A stretch of DNA of 54,949 nucleotides, from assembly GCA_045614625.1 (NCBI GenBank), contig JAZLDE010000106.1, positions 1 through 54,949 of the forward strand, given 5' to 3'. Shown here piece by piece: positions 15,024-23,046 of this stretch; within the stretch, counting starts at the first letter, position 1, and the number at the start of each line of letters is the position of its first letter. The notes under the pieces were generated by a model. That model ran no database searches. It was given only the letters and a program-made list of their open reading frames with translations, and was not told the DNA's origin. This DNA comes from Eubacteriales bacterium. GTDB lineage: Bacteria > Bacillota > Clostridia > Oscillospirales > CAG-272. The position numbers and the translations under genes were made by a program.

Positions 15024-15054
15024 AAAAGGACACCCTCGGTGTCCTTTTCGTTTT
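15024..15054. terminator. intrinsic terminator (GGACACCC...GGTGTCC hairpin family)
   Basis: AAAAGGACACCCTCGGTGTCCTTTTCGTTTT lies between convergent genes. Confidence 0.75.
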
Positions 15055-15057
15055 ATG

Positions 15058-15471
15058 TTAAAGATTCAAATCTACCACCTTAGTTTTGGCCACCATATCG
15101 CCCAGTCGCTTACCGCGCAGGATCAGAACGACCACGCACTCGACCTGCACAATGAAGAAGGTGATATTTCTCAATATCAGCTGCTTATACGACACCTTGG
15201 CCTGCGACTGCGTGTCGATGATCCAAAGCCCCATGCACAGCTTTCCCAAGCTGCGACGGCCAAACAGACAGTCCTTGAAAATGCCATAGGCGTACAGCCA
15301 TAAATATCCCAGCCAATACGCGCCCGTCATCCAGAGCTTCACCGTGGGATACATCAAATGTTCAGGGTTGCCGCCGGGGCCGAAGCACCACAGCGCAATC
15401 ATACCGCCGTAGGCGATGATCATGTCGATCATAAATGCCAAAAACCGCCGGCGGATCATATCTTTCGTCAT
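15058..15471 (-). CDS. RDD-family membrane protein
   Basis: It starts RRFLAFMIDMIIAY, has three hydrophobic segments, and has a late R..GD motif (RLGDMVAKTKVV) typical of RDD domains. Confidence 0.65.
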   Translation of the reverse strand: MTKDMIRRRFLAFMIDMIIAYGGMIALWCFGPGGNPEHLMYPTVKLWMTGAYWLGYLWLYAYGIFKDCLFGRRSLGKLCMGLWIIDTQSQAKVSYKQLILRNITFFIVQVECVVVLILRGKRLGDMVAKTKVVDLNL

Positions 15472-15508
15472 ACTTTCACCTCAATTCCATCGTTTCGTTA
15501 TGGATGCT

Positions 15509-16228
15509 TTACTCCAATATATTCGTCGTGATATAATCAACGCCCATGGCGACGAGTCGCTCGGCGTCCTCTTTTGCGTCAACCGTCCAGCAGTTAATCT
15601 TGCGGCCTGCGGCGTGCAGGGCCTTGACGGTCTGCTCGTTCAACGCGCGGAAATAGACGTCCGCGTCGATACCGTCCGCGATCAGCCGCTCGATGATCTG
15701 CTCCGTCACCTCAGAGAACAAAAACTGCACCGACTGGCGCGGCAAAAGCTGTCTCACCTTGACCAGATTATCATAGTGGAACGAAATAAACGTGACCTGC
15801 TCCAGATAACCCAGCCGTTCGATGATACGGATAAAACGCTCGGTCTCCTCCTCGGTAAAATCGGATTTGAGCTCAAGAATGCAATGCTTTTCGTATTTTT
15901 TGCAGATGCTGATATAGTTTTCCAGCGAGCAGGGACGCAGATCGGCGCGATCCTTGGATCCGTCCGTGTCGAACAGTACAACACCCTGAAGCGTGGCCAG
16001 CGTGACCTCCTCGACAGGGATATTCTCACCTGCAACGCGGGAAAGCGTCGCGTCGTGATTGACGACGAAGCGTCCGTCGGCTGTGCGGTGAATGTCGGTC
16101 TCGATGCCGTAATACGAGCGATTGCCCGCCGCCACAAACGCGGCATTGGTGTTCTCCCGCTCCAGCCCCGAAAGGCCTCGGTGGGCAACGACGCGCACGT
16201 TACCCTTATCAAATTTCATCGTGTTCAT
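15509..16228 (-). CDS. glycerophosphodiester phosphodiesterase (cytoplasmic type)
   Basis: VVAHRGLSGLERENTNAAF and IETDIHRTADGRFVVNHDATLSR are the GDPD catalytic motifs. Confidence 0.8.
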   Translation of the reverse strand: MNTMKFDKGNVRVVAHRGLSGLERENTNAAFVAAGNRSYYGIETDIHRTADGRFVVNHDATLSRVAGENIPVEEVTLATLQGVVLFDTDGSKDRADLRPCSLENYISICKKYEKHCILELKSDFTEEETERFIRIIERLGYLEQVTFISFHYDNLVKVRQLLPRQSVQFLFSEVTEQIIERLIADGIDADVYFRALNEQTVKALHAAGRKINCWTVDAKEDAERLVAMGVDYITTNILE

Positions 16229-16255
16229 GCGATCCTCCCCTGCATGAGATACTCG

Positions 16256-17689
16256 TTATTTATCCTTTTTGCGAATGCAAACAGCCTTGGCATGCTCGTC
16301 CGTCGACGTCGCGCGGAGCGATCGGATGAACGAAACGATCAAAAAGGCGGTCACGACCATAGCGATAAAGTCGGAAATAGGCGCCGCGTAGAGAATGCCC
16401 TCCACACCCCCGACGAGGTCGGGAAGAATGAGGATGAGCGGCACGAAGCAGACGACGTCGCGGATCATGGAGGAAACAACGGCATATCCGGGCTTGCCGA
16501 CCGCCAGGAAGAAGATGGAGTTCATCTTGATGATGCAGCTGATACTGATCAGCGACAGAAAAATGCGCATGGTCTTCTCGCCGAACTCCCAGTAATCCTC
16601 AGGGTTTGGAATGTTGCTGGGAGTGCCGAACAGGCCCACGACAAAGCGAGGCGCCAGCAGGAAGAGTGCGGTAAAGGCAACGCCGATGACGATCGCGCAA
16701 ACCGCGCACTTGCGGTACAGCTCCTTGACTCTGTCATACTTTTTCGCGCCCATATTGAAGCTGATGATTGGCTGACAGCCCAGCACGATACCAACGACAA
16801 GGTTGATAACAACAGTAAAGATCTTACTTTGAATGCCGATAATGGCAATAGGAATATCCGCGCCGTACTTGGACATTTCGCCGTACTTCGCCAGCTGGAC
16901 GTTGCAAAGGATGGCAACGACGACGATGGCAAGCTGGGTGATGAAAGTCGAAACGCCCAGGCGAACAACAACCCCGACCGATTGGAGCTTGGGAATAAAG
17001 CTCGTTTTGGCAAGCTTAAACGTCTTGGTATTCATAAAATAGATCAGCGCCATGACAAAGGTCACGCCCTGACCGATCACGGTAGCCAACGCCGCACCCG
17101 TCATGCCCATCTTCAAGCCAAAAATGAACACGGGGTCGAAAATGAGGTTGGTGACCGCTCCTGCGAGCATGGAGACCATGGCCCAAGCGGGACTGCCATC
17201 AGCGCGAATAATCGAATTCATCATGTTGCAAAGAATATACACGGGGATCATGGCCAGGACCACGTCCAGATACTCGATGGCATACGCCAGCGTGTTGTCC
17301 GACGCGCCGAACAGCGTCAGGATCGGCACCTTAAACGGATAGATAACCGCCATCATCAAAAGCCCCGAAAGAAGCGAGGCTGTGATGCTCGCGCCGATGG
17401 CCTTGTGGGCGTGTTGCGCGTCGTTGCGTCCCTGACAGATATTCAGGTAGGCCGCGCAGCCGTCACCGAAGCACCAGGCAAACGCCTGCGCGATGATGAA
17501 CACGGGAAAGACCACACCGGTCGCGGCGTTACCCAGCGTACTCAGCTCGCTGTTGCCGATGAACATCTGATCGACGATATTATATAGAGAGCTGACGAGA
17601 AGCGACAGGATACACGGAATGGAAAACTTCAGCATCAGCTTGTTGATCTTACCTTCCCCCAGCGTCAGAGGGGTTGCTTTTTGACTCAT
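16256..17689 (-). CDS. MATE-family efflux transporter
   Basis: ORF 16256..17764. I moved the start to ATG 17689 (MSQKATPLTLGEGKINKLMLKFSIPCILSLLVSSLYNIVDQMFIG), which follows AAAAAGGAGAG. There are 12 hydrophobic helices. Confidence 0.8.
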   Translation of the reverse strand: MSQKATPLTLGEGKINKLMLKFSIPCILSLLVSSLYNIVDQMFIGNSELSTLGNAATGVVFPVFIIAQAFAWCFGDGCAAYLNICQGRNDAQHAHKAIGASITASLLSGLLMMAVIYPFKVPILTLFGASDNTLAYAIEYLDVVLAMIPVYILCNMMNSIIRADGSPAWAMVSMLAGAVTNLIFDPVFIFGLKMGMTGAALATVIGQGVTFVMALIYFMNTKTFKLAKTSFIPKLQSVGVVVRLGVSTFITQLAIVVVAILCNVQLAKYGEMSKYGADIPIAIIGIQSKIFTVVINLVVGIVLGCQPIISFNMGAKKYDRVKELYRKCAVCAIVIGVAFTALFLLAPRFVVGLFGTPSNIPNPEDYWEFGEKTMRIFLSLISISCIIKMNSIFFLAVGKPGYAVVSSMIRDVVCFVPLILILPDLVGGVEGILYAAPISDFIAMVVTAFLIVSFIRSLRATSTDEHAKAVCIRKKDK

Positions 17690-17850
17690 GGACTCTCCTT
17701 TTTTTGTGAACCGACGTTCACATTGATCTGCCTTTAGTATACCACAAAACCACCCCAATGTCAATCCGTCGTAGGGAAGGGGCTTGCTCCTCCCGCTTTT
17801 TTGGGATCTCGCCTGTGCCTCGTAGGGACCGGCGTCCCCGACGGTCCGCT

Positions 17851-17879
17851 AAAAAAGGCCACCCGAGGGTGGCCTTCTT
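17851..17879 (-). terminator. intrinsic terminator of the DMT gene
   Basis: The minus strand reads AAGAAGGCCACCCTCGGGTGGCCTTTTTT. Confidence 0.75.
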
Positions 17880-17891
17880 CATTATATCCCC

Positions 17892-18758
17892 TCACAGCGA
17901 CAGCAATACCACCGCGATCGCGCCGATCGCCACGCCAAGCCACTGTCGGCGGCTCATTTTTTCCTTGAAAACCAAGAGCGAGAACACCGTCACGATGCTC
18001 AATCCGCCCACGCCGATCAAGGGGTAGATCAAGCTGGGCGACAGGTCGGTCGAGGCCATCAAAATCGCCATCAGATTGAGAATCAGATTGCAAACGCCCG
18101 CGCACACAGGGATCCATCCCGAGCGCTTGAGCATTGGTTTTGTATCGCTTTTGTCGCTTCTCAAATAGATGACCAGATACAGCAGCGCGCACAGCCCCAT
18201 GGCAAACAGCATCAGCATATTGCCGTGCTGACCGCTGTATTGCATCTGCTGCGTCCGCTGGACGATCGAGCAGCCCGCGTTGCCAAGAAAGGCCAGTGTC
18301 ACGTAAAAAAGCCACTTGGCAGAGATGGATTTTTCCTCATTGCTCTTGGTATACACGCAAAGCGTGATGGAGCAGACCACCAAAACCAATCCCGCCACGA
18401 CCAAAAAAGTCAGCGGGGCATCCCAGAAAATCAGTCCCCAGATGGCAGTCAAAATCAAAGAGAGGCTGTTAAACAGCGCGGTCAGCGTCGCAGGACCGTG
18501 CTCCAAGGCTCGAATCGTGCCAAACTGGCAGGCCGCATAGCAAGCGGCAAACAGGGCGGAATAGATCAGAACCCCCGATTCAAAGGACGGGTTCACTGCG
18601 AACAGCACGCCCCAGCCGATAAACACGCTGACCAGCAGCATGAAATTATAAAATATACCGCTGTCTCGGCGCTCGCCGACCTGCTTATGAAACAGCTTCC
18701 CGCAAATGCTGGACGACGAACAGGTCACCACAGCCAAAATCAAATAAATATAAGGCAT
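17892..18758 (-). CDS. EamA/DMT-superfamily transporter
   Basis: It has ten hydrophobic helices arranged as two homologous halves, which is typical of EamA. Confidence 0.7.
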   Translation of the reverse strand: MPYIYLILAVVTCSSSSICGKLFHKQVGERRDSGIFYNFMLLVSVFIGWGVLFAVNPSFESGVLIYSALFAACYAACQFGTIRALEHGPATLTALFNSLSLILTAIWGLIFWDAPLTFLVVAGLVLVVCSITLCVYTKSNEEKSISAKWLFYVTLAFLGNAGCSIVQRTQQMQYSGQHGNMLMLFAMGLCALLYLVIYLRSDKSDTKPMLKRSGWIPVCAGVCNLILNLMAILMASTDLSPSLIYPLIGVGGLSIVTVFSLLVFKEKMSRRQWLGVAIGAIAVVLLSL

Positions 18759-18788
18759 TTTGTTTTCTCCTCAAATCGCATCGACGCG

Positions 18789-19088
18789 TCAATACCAATT
18801 TCCAAACAGAAGGTTGCACAGCAAAAACAACCCTCCGCAGAAAAAAAGGTGGACAAAATAGTACAAAAGCTTTTTGCGCACGGGAACACGAGGCCTCAAA
18901 GGCAACCAGCAAATTACCGTAACGGTCAGAGGCGTCAGCCACAAGCTCAAACGATAAAACACGATCAGGAAGATGCCGAGCATAATATTTCCACTCTGTC
19001 CGCACAACCAAAGGGCCAGTGCGAAAAACAGATGGAGACCGTAGACCGAGGCTAACAGTATCGTTTTGATCTTTTGGGAAGTACTCAT
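18789..19088 (-). CDS. small hypothetical membrane protein (99 aa)
   Basis: Three or four hydrophobic helices, and the gene is co-directional with its neighbours. No family recognised. Confidence 0.45.
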   Translation of the reverse strand: MSTSQKIKTILLASVYGLHLFFALALWLCGQSGNIMLGIFLIVFYRLSLWLTPLTVTVICWLPLRPRVPVRKKLLYYFVHLFFCGGLFLLCNLLFGNWY

Positions 19089-19124
19089 ATCATTACCGGC
19101 TTTCTGTACAACACGCCCCGTACA

Positions 19125-20078
19125 TCACATCACGTTCGCGTAGGCCATTACCATCATTTTTGTCAACGCCTTGGCTTCCCTGATCGCGCAGCCCGGCAAA
19201 ACGTTGCCCGCCAAGAACTGGCGAATAGGCGAAGGCAAGGATGAAGGCAGCGTCACCTCGACCGTGGTATGGTTCGTGCTTCGCGTGCATTTGACAACAC
19301 GATCGCTCTCCATGCGGACATAGCCGTGCTCTCCGTGAACCTCAAGAACGACGGGCGAGCAGTCCGAAACAAAGCCCGTTTCGTTGATGGCAATCGCGCC
19401 GTTCTCGAAGCGCATGACCGTCACCGCGTTGTCCTCGACCATGTCCGCATTTTTTGCAAGCGCACCGCCCGCCTCACAGCAAACGGTAAAGGTAGAGACA
19501 GCCGACGTCGGCATGCCCAACAGCCATTCCGTCAGGTACATACCGTGCGCGCCGAGATCGATCATCGCACCGCCGCCACACTGTTCGCGGTTGTAAAAAT
19601 GGGTGGGAAGCCAATCTCTCGTACTGCCCGAATGGCAGTTGCGAAATCTCATATAGTTGATTTTTCCAAGCTCGCCGCTGTCCACAACCTCTTTGACAGC
19701 CATGCGCGAGCCAATATATTTCTGGAACAGCGAGATAGTCAGCGCAACGCCGTTTTGAGAAAGCGTAGCCTCGATCTTGTCGCAGTCCTCCTCGGTCAGC
19801 GCCAGCACCTTCTCGGTAAAAATCTGCTTTTTGGCATTGGCAACCGCTAAAATATCCTCGGTGTGATCGCTCGAAGCGGAGCACACGATCACGCCCTCGG
19901 CGTCACTTTCAAGCAGCTCTTCCCTCGTAGCAAAACGAGGAACGTTAAAGCTTCTTTGATATTGCTGCGCCAGTGCGTCGTCCTTTTCGTAAAAACCGAT
20001 CAGCTCGCCGTGCGCAAGCGCCTCTTTGGAATAATCTGCAGCGTGGACGTGCCACGCGCCAAGCAATGCTACCTTCAT
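19125..20078 (-). CDS. Gfo/Idh/MocA-family NAD(P)-dependent oxidoreductase
   Basis: ORF 19125..20327. I moved the start to ATG 20078 (MKVALLGAWHVHAADY). EKVLALTEEDCDKI resembles the EKP motif region, and the C-terminal alpha/beta domain is present. Confidence 0.75.
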   Translation of the reverse strand: MKVALLGAWHVHAADYSKEALAHGELIGFYEKDDALAQQYQRSFNVPRFATREELLESDAEGVIVCSASSDHTEDILAVANAKKQIFTEKVLALTEEDCDKIEATLSQNGVALTISLFQKYIGSRMAVKEVVDSGELGKINYMRFRNCHSGSTRDWLPTHFYNREQCGGGAMIDLGAHGMYLTEWLLGMPTSAVSTFTVCCEAGGALAKNADMVEDNAVTVMRFENGAIAINETGFVSDCSPVVLEVHGEHGYVRMESDRVVKCTRSTNHTTVEVTLPSSLPSPIRQFLAGNVLPGCAIREAKALTKMMVMAYANVM

Positions 20079-20160
20079 TGAAACAAAACCGCCTTTCTTG
20101 CGAGATTCTTTGCGTTCAGTATAGCACAAAAACGTCCATCTGTCAACTTGGAAGAATAGC

Positions 20161-20189
20161 AAAAAGGACACCCGAGGGTGTCCTTTTTC
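20161..20189 (-). terminator. intrinsic terminator of the 20210 gene
   Basis: The minus strand reads GAAAAAGGACACCCTCGGGTGTCCTTTTT. Confidence 0.75.
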
Positions 20190-20209
20190 AATGGGCAAGA
20201 GAATCCAAC

Positions 20210-20776
20210 TCAATTTCGCTCGCGTTGTTCTTTCCCACAAACCGTACAGATTTCGTTTTGAAATTGATGGGTCGGCATTCCATCCGTCACGTGTATCCGC
20301 AAAATCTCCTTGCCGCACTCTTCGCAATACAGAACTTCGTCGTACGAGCCCTCCGTCGTGCAGGTGGGAGCGACCTGGTTCTCGATGACACGAATTATTC
20401 CGGGGTGAGTATGTGCGTCAGCCTTACTTTTCATTACCTGTAGGATGGCAAATGCAGAAAAACACAGTATCAGGCAAACCGTCGGTATCAAATACCAACC
20501 CCACCGCTTCTTTTTGGGGAGTGCAGGCGTGGCTTCTTCTACGGCCGTTTCCATCGAAGAATAATCCAACTCGCTTTCATAATCATCATTCAGCAGATAA
20601 TCCGCAGACACACCGAACAGCTTACTGATTTGCAAGATGTTCTGTGCATCCGGCAGCGCGGTTCCGTTTTCCCAACGACTGATTGCTTGTCGCGATACGT
20701 CCAGCTTTTCTGCAAAATCCTCTTGCGACCAGCCCCTCGTTTTTCTAAGCTCGATTAGTTTGTCTGACAATTTCAT
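20210..20776 (-). CDS. membrane-anchored XRE-family HTH protein with an extracytoplasmic Cys-rich (zinc-ribbon-like) domain
   Basis: N-terminal HTH_3 (LIELRKTRGWSQEDFAEKLDVSRQAISRWENG), one TM helix (WGWYLIPTVCLILCFSAFAILQV), and a C-terminal block APTCTTEGSYDEVLYCEECGK...ICTVCGK. Confidence 0.8.
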   Translation of the reverse strand: MKLSDKLIELRKTRGWSQEDFAEKLDVSRQAISRWENGTALPDAQNILQISKLFGVSADYLLNDDYESELDYSSMETAVEEATPALPKKKRWGWYLIPTVCLILCFSAFAILQVMKSKADAHTHPGIIRVIENQVAPTCTTEGSYDEVLYCEECGKEILRIHVTDGMPTHQFQNEICTVCGKEQRERN

Positions 20777-20942
20777 AAGAATACCTCCTTAATTTGGTGA
20801 GGTTATTATAGCAAAACAAGCCCCAAAACACCACCGCTCCAACGTTACAATTTCGCAACAAGACTTTACAAATCTCATTTTTCGAAGGCATTGGGGATTG
20901 TTTTACGTCCTTCTCTTTGGGGGGTGACAGAAAAGATGCCTC

Positions 20943-21707
20943 TTATTTCTTTACCCGTTTTGCCCCCCAAATTGCCAAATACAACAGCATCTCAACGGCA
21001 AAGAACAACACGATATTCAATATCGGCATGACAAACGGCGCGACGGCTTCCGGAATCGCGTAAAACGGATCGCGCACGACGAAAAACCAATTGAAAAAGT
21101 GAGAATATCCGTCCGATTCACCGTTGTATGCATAATTGCCAAGCAACGCCCAAAGCGTCATGCCAACGATCACAAGCAATCCTCTGTACCACTTTTTGAT
21201 ATCAATGTTATCGTGCTCATATACGAGCGTTATCAAACCATAGACAGACATCACGCTATGGAATATCAAGGTCTGTACGACGCGATACGACAGCGGATGC
21301 ACCGCGTGCCACATCACCCCTGCGGGATAAATGAGATAGATAACGTTGGAAAGAAACCCGAGCAGCACGAACGATTCGCGATATTTTTCCAAGCATTTGA
21401 TGCAGCAACTCAAAAAGCACATGACGCACATCGCGGTGCAGGCGTGAAACGGTAGCTTTTCTATATCGATCTCGCCATAAGCAAGAGGCATCAGGAAAAA
21501 ATCTGCCACGTACAGTCCAAATGCAATGCAAATAAGCAATGATGAGACCTTCTTTTTGACCTGCTTTTCTTTTCCTTTGAGCGCAAAAAGAATCGTTATT
21601 ACAGATAGGATCGTAAGCGCAATATAGAAAAAGTGCCATGCGCCAAACAGCGAGAAAACCTCGCCGCCCTTTTTATCGGATAAAAGATCGTGTAAAAAAT
21701 CGTACAT
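20943..21707 (-). CDS. YwaF-like (TIGR02206-type) integral membrane protein
   Basis: ORF 20943..21851. I moved the start to ATG 21707 (MYDFLHDLL). It has seven hydrophobic helices, plus LPFHACT and conserved His residues. The family call is by resemblance only. Confidence 0.55.
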   Translation of the reverse strand: MYDFLHDLLSDKKGGEVFSLFGAWHFFYIALTILSVITILFALKGKEKQVKKKVSSLLICIAFGLYVADFFLMPLAYGEIDIEKLPFHACTAMCVMCFLSCCIKCLEKYRESFVLLGFLSNVIYLIYPAGVMWHAVHPLSYRVVQTLIFHSVMSVYGLITLVYEHDNIDIKKWYRGLLVIVGMTLWALLGNYAYNGESDGYSHFFNWFFVVRDPFYAIPEAVAPFVMPILNIVLFFAVEMLLYLAIWGAKRVKK

Positions 21708-21885
21708 CTCTCTACCGCCTTTCCGCCATTTGAGGTTTGCGTCAAATGTATTATAGCATACTTTAGGGCGGATTGCAATATTTTTGCGCCACCCGGACGG
21801 CGGCAAGCCGCCTATCGGTACGTCCGATTCCGCACAATGTGTCCAAAACAAAAATGGTCACGCTGTTGCGTGGGCATTTTTATTT

Positions 21886-21905
21886 TGGAGGCGCCACCCG
21901 GAATC
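21886..21905 (-). pseudogene. 20-nt duplicate of the tRNA-Cys 3' end
   Basis: TGGAGGCGCCACCCGGAATC is identical to 22033-22052. The sequence that follows is unrelated (hairpin CTCACAGTGCCACCGGCACTGTGAG). Confidence 0.7.
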
Positions 21906-21995
21906 TCACAGTGCCACCGGCACTGTGAGTGTTGCGCCCCGGATTCTGCCGCCGCAGGCGGCAGAGCCCGATCCGATGTAGGGTGAGTGAGGCCA

Positions 21996-22031
21996 AAAAG
22001 AAAAACCAGTCCATCGGACTGGTTTTTCTTT
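21996..22031 (-). terminator. terminator after tRNA-Cys
   Basis: AAAAAGAAAAACCAGTCCATCGGACTGGTTTTTCTTTTT forms a long perfect stem flanked by A and T runs. Confidence 0.75.
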
Positions 22032-22032
22032 T

Positions 22033-22106
22033 TGGAGGCGCCACCCGGAATCGGACCGGGGATAGAGGTGTTGCAGACCTTTGCCTTACCGCTTGGCTAT
22101 GGCGCC
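22033..22106 (-). tRNA. tRNA-Cys (GCA)
   Basis: The minus strand reads GGCGCCATAGCCAAGCGGTAAGGCAAAGGTCTGCAACACCTCTATCCCCGGTCCGATTCCGGGTGGCGCCTCCA. It folds as a cloverleaf with anticodon loop CTGCAAC and an encoded CCA. Confidence 0.9.
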
Positions 22107-22123
22107 TTATTTAGAACAGAAGT

Positions 22124-22152
22124 ATTATACCACGCAAAGTCTCTTTTGTCAA
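22124..22152 (-). promoter_or_regulatory. consensus promoter of tRNA-Cys
   Basis: The minus strand reads TTGACA (22147-22152), a 17-nt spacer, then TATAAT (22124-22129), with TGG before the -10 box. Confidence 0.7.
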
Positions 22153-22229
22153 TGCTTTTTACAAAATTCTTTTTTCTTTTGCTGAAAGGTCGCTTCGTTA
22201 TCATTTTATGCGGTGAGTTGTGAAAGGTG

Positions 22230-22566
22230 AAAGATTGTGTAGATGCCGCTTCGCGGCATGGGGCAAAAAAGAACAGCAAAACCCTTAGTTGCGAGGGCTC
22301 GATAGGTTTGCCGCTGACGCGTCAAACCACGAGATTGCTTTTGCGGCTTGCGCCGAAAAAGCAATCTCTGACCCGCCCGCGCTTCGCGCGGATCGGGTCC
22401 GTATGCCCCGTAATCTGCGAGCGAGATGCCGCTTCGCGGCATGGGGCTCGAACCCAAAACTCGTCTCGCGAGACGAGTTTACAAAGAATATCTCGCGGGC
22501 TGGATACCCGCGCCTTGCGTGGCAAGGACGATATTCTTTCAGGCGGTTCTCGCCCCGTAAGACGCG
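22230..22566 (-). repeat. hairpin-rich spacer with a tRNA-Asp T-arm fragment, internal duplications and a three-way-junction module
   Basis: GATGCCGCTTCGCGGCATGGGGC occurs twice (22242 and 22424). ATGGGGCTCGAACCCA at 22441-22456 matches the tRNA-Asp T-arm. AAAAAAGAACAGCA occurs at 22265 and 22567. The three-way-junction module is at 22483-22539. Confidence 0.7.
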
Positions 22567-22605
22567 AAAAAAGAACAGCAGACCGATTGGTCTGCTGTTC
22601 TTTTT
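22567..22605 (-). terminator. terminator after tRNA-Gly
   Basis: AAAAAAGAACAGCAGACCGATTGGTCTGCTGTTCTTTTTT. Confidence 0.75.
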
Positions 22606-22681
22606 TGGAGCGGATTACGGGGCTCGAACCCGCCACCTTCGCCTTGGCAAGGCGACGCTCTACCAAATGAGCTAAATCCGC
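22606..22681 (-). tRNA. tRNA-Gly (GCC)
   Basis: The minus strand reads GCGGATTTAGCTCATTTGGTAGAGCGTCGCCTTGCCAAGGCGAAGGTGGCGGGTTCGAGCCCCGTAATCCGCTCCA, with anticodon loop TTGCCAA. Confidence 0.9.
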
Positions 22682-22687
22682 ATATAA

Positions 22688-22763
22688 TGGTGCCTCCGGT
22701 CGGAATCGAACCAACGACACGGGGATTTTCAGTCCCCTGCTCTACCAACTGAGCTACAGAGGC
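22688..22763 (-). tRNA. tRNA-Phe (GAA)
   Basis: The minus strand reads GCCTCTGTAGCTCAGTTGGTAGAGCAGGGGACTGAAAATCCCCGTGTCGTTGGTTCGATTCCGACCGGAGGCACCA. Confidence 0.9.
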
Positions 22764-22790
22764 ATCAGGGGAGTGATGGCTGTAAAAAAG

Positions 22791-22867
22791 TGGCGACCCG
22801 GATGGGGCTCGAACCCACGACCTCTAGCGTGACAGGCTAGCGCTCTAACCAACTGAGCTACCAGGCC
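22791..22867 (-). tRNA. tRNA-Asp (GTC)
   Basis: The minus strand reads GGCCTGGTAGCTCAGTTGGTTAGAGCGCTAGCCTGTCACGCTAGAGGTCGTGGGTTCGAGCCCCATCCGGGTCGCCA. Confidence 0.9.
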
Positions 22868-22887
22868 ATCTTTTTCACAACGGGGAT

Positions 22888-22916
22888 ATTATAGCATACG
22901 AAGGCATAATTGTCAA
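22888..22916 (-). promoter_or_regulatory. consensus promoter of the tRNA-Asp/Phe/Gly cluster
   Basis: The minus strand reads TTGACA (22911-22916), a 17-nt spacer, then TATAAT (22888-22893). Confidence 0.7.
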
Positions 22917-23046
22917 GTCTTTTTTTCGCTTTTTCAAAAAAATTTCGCTTTTCGCTCGCCTTAAACAATTAATAATCAAAACACCCCTTTTCTTTTTATC
23001 ATTTTTGTGGTAAGATATATATACTTCAAGATTGCGAGGTGTTTTT

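Noticed and set aside
18789-19088. The alternative overlapping ORFs 18685-19011 and 19093-19290 as real genes.
   Set aside because: They overlap the better-supported hydrophobic 99-aa ORF or the oxidoreductase gene out of frame, have no RBS, and have Arg/Cys-rich compositions typical of off-frame translation.
21886-22106. A genomic island or prophage integrated at tRNA-Cys (or at tRNA-Arg, 36250-36648), suggested by the duplicated tRNA 3' ends.
   Set aside because: The duplicated ends are only about 130-250 nt apart and enclose no genes. No integrase, recombinase or phage genes occur nearby. I report them only as scars or short duplications.
22230-22566. A long-variable-arm tRNA, an intron-containing tRNA or a tmRNA hidden in the tRNA spacer (GGTTCGAGCCCC T-loop-like sequence preceded by a long hairpin).
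   Set aside because: I could not build an acceptor stem, D-arm or anticodon arm around the T-arm-like piece. There is no tag-peptide reading frame and no 3' CCA context. It is best explained as a fragment of tRNA-Asp.
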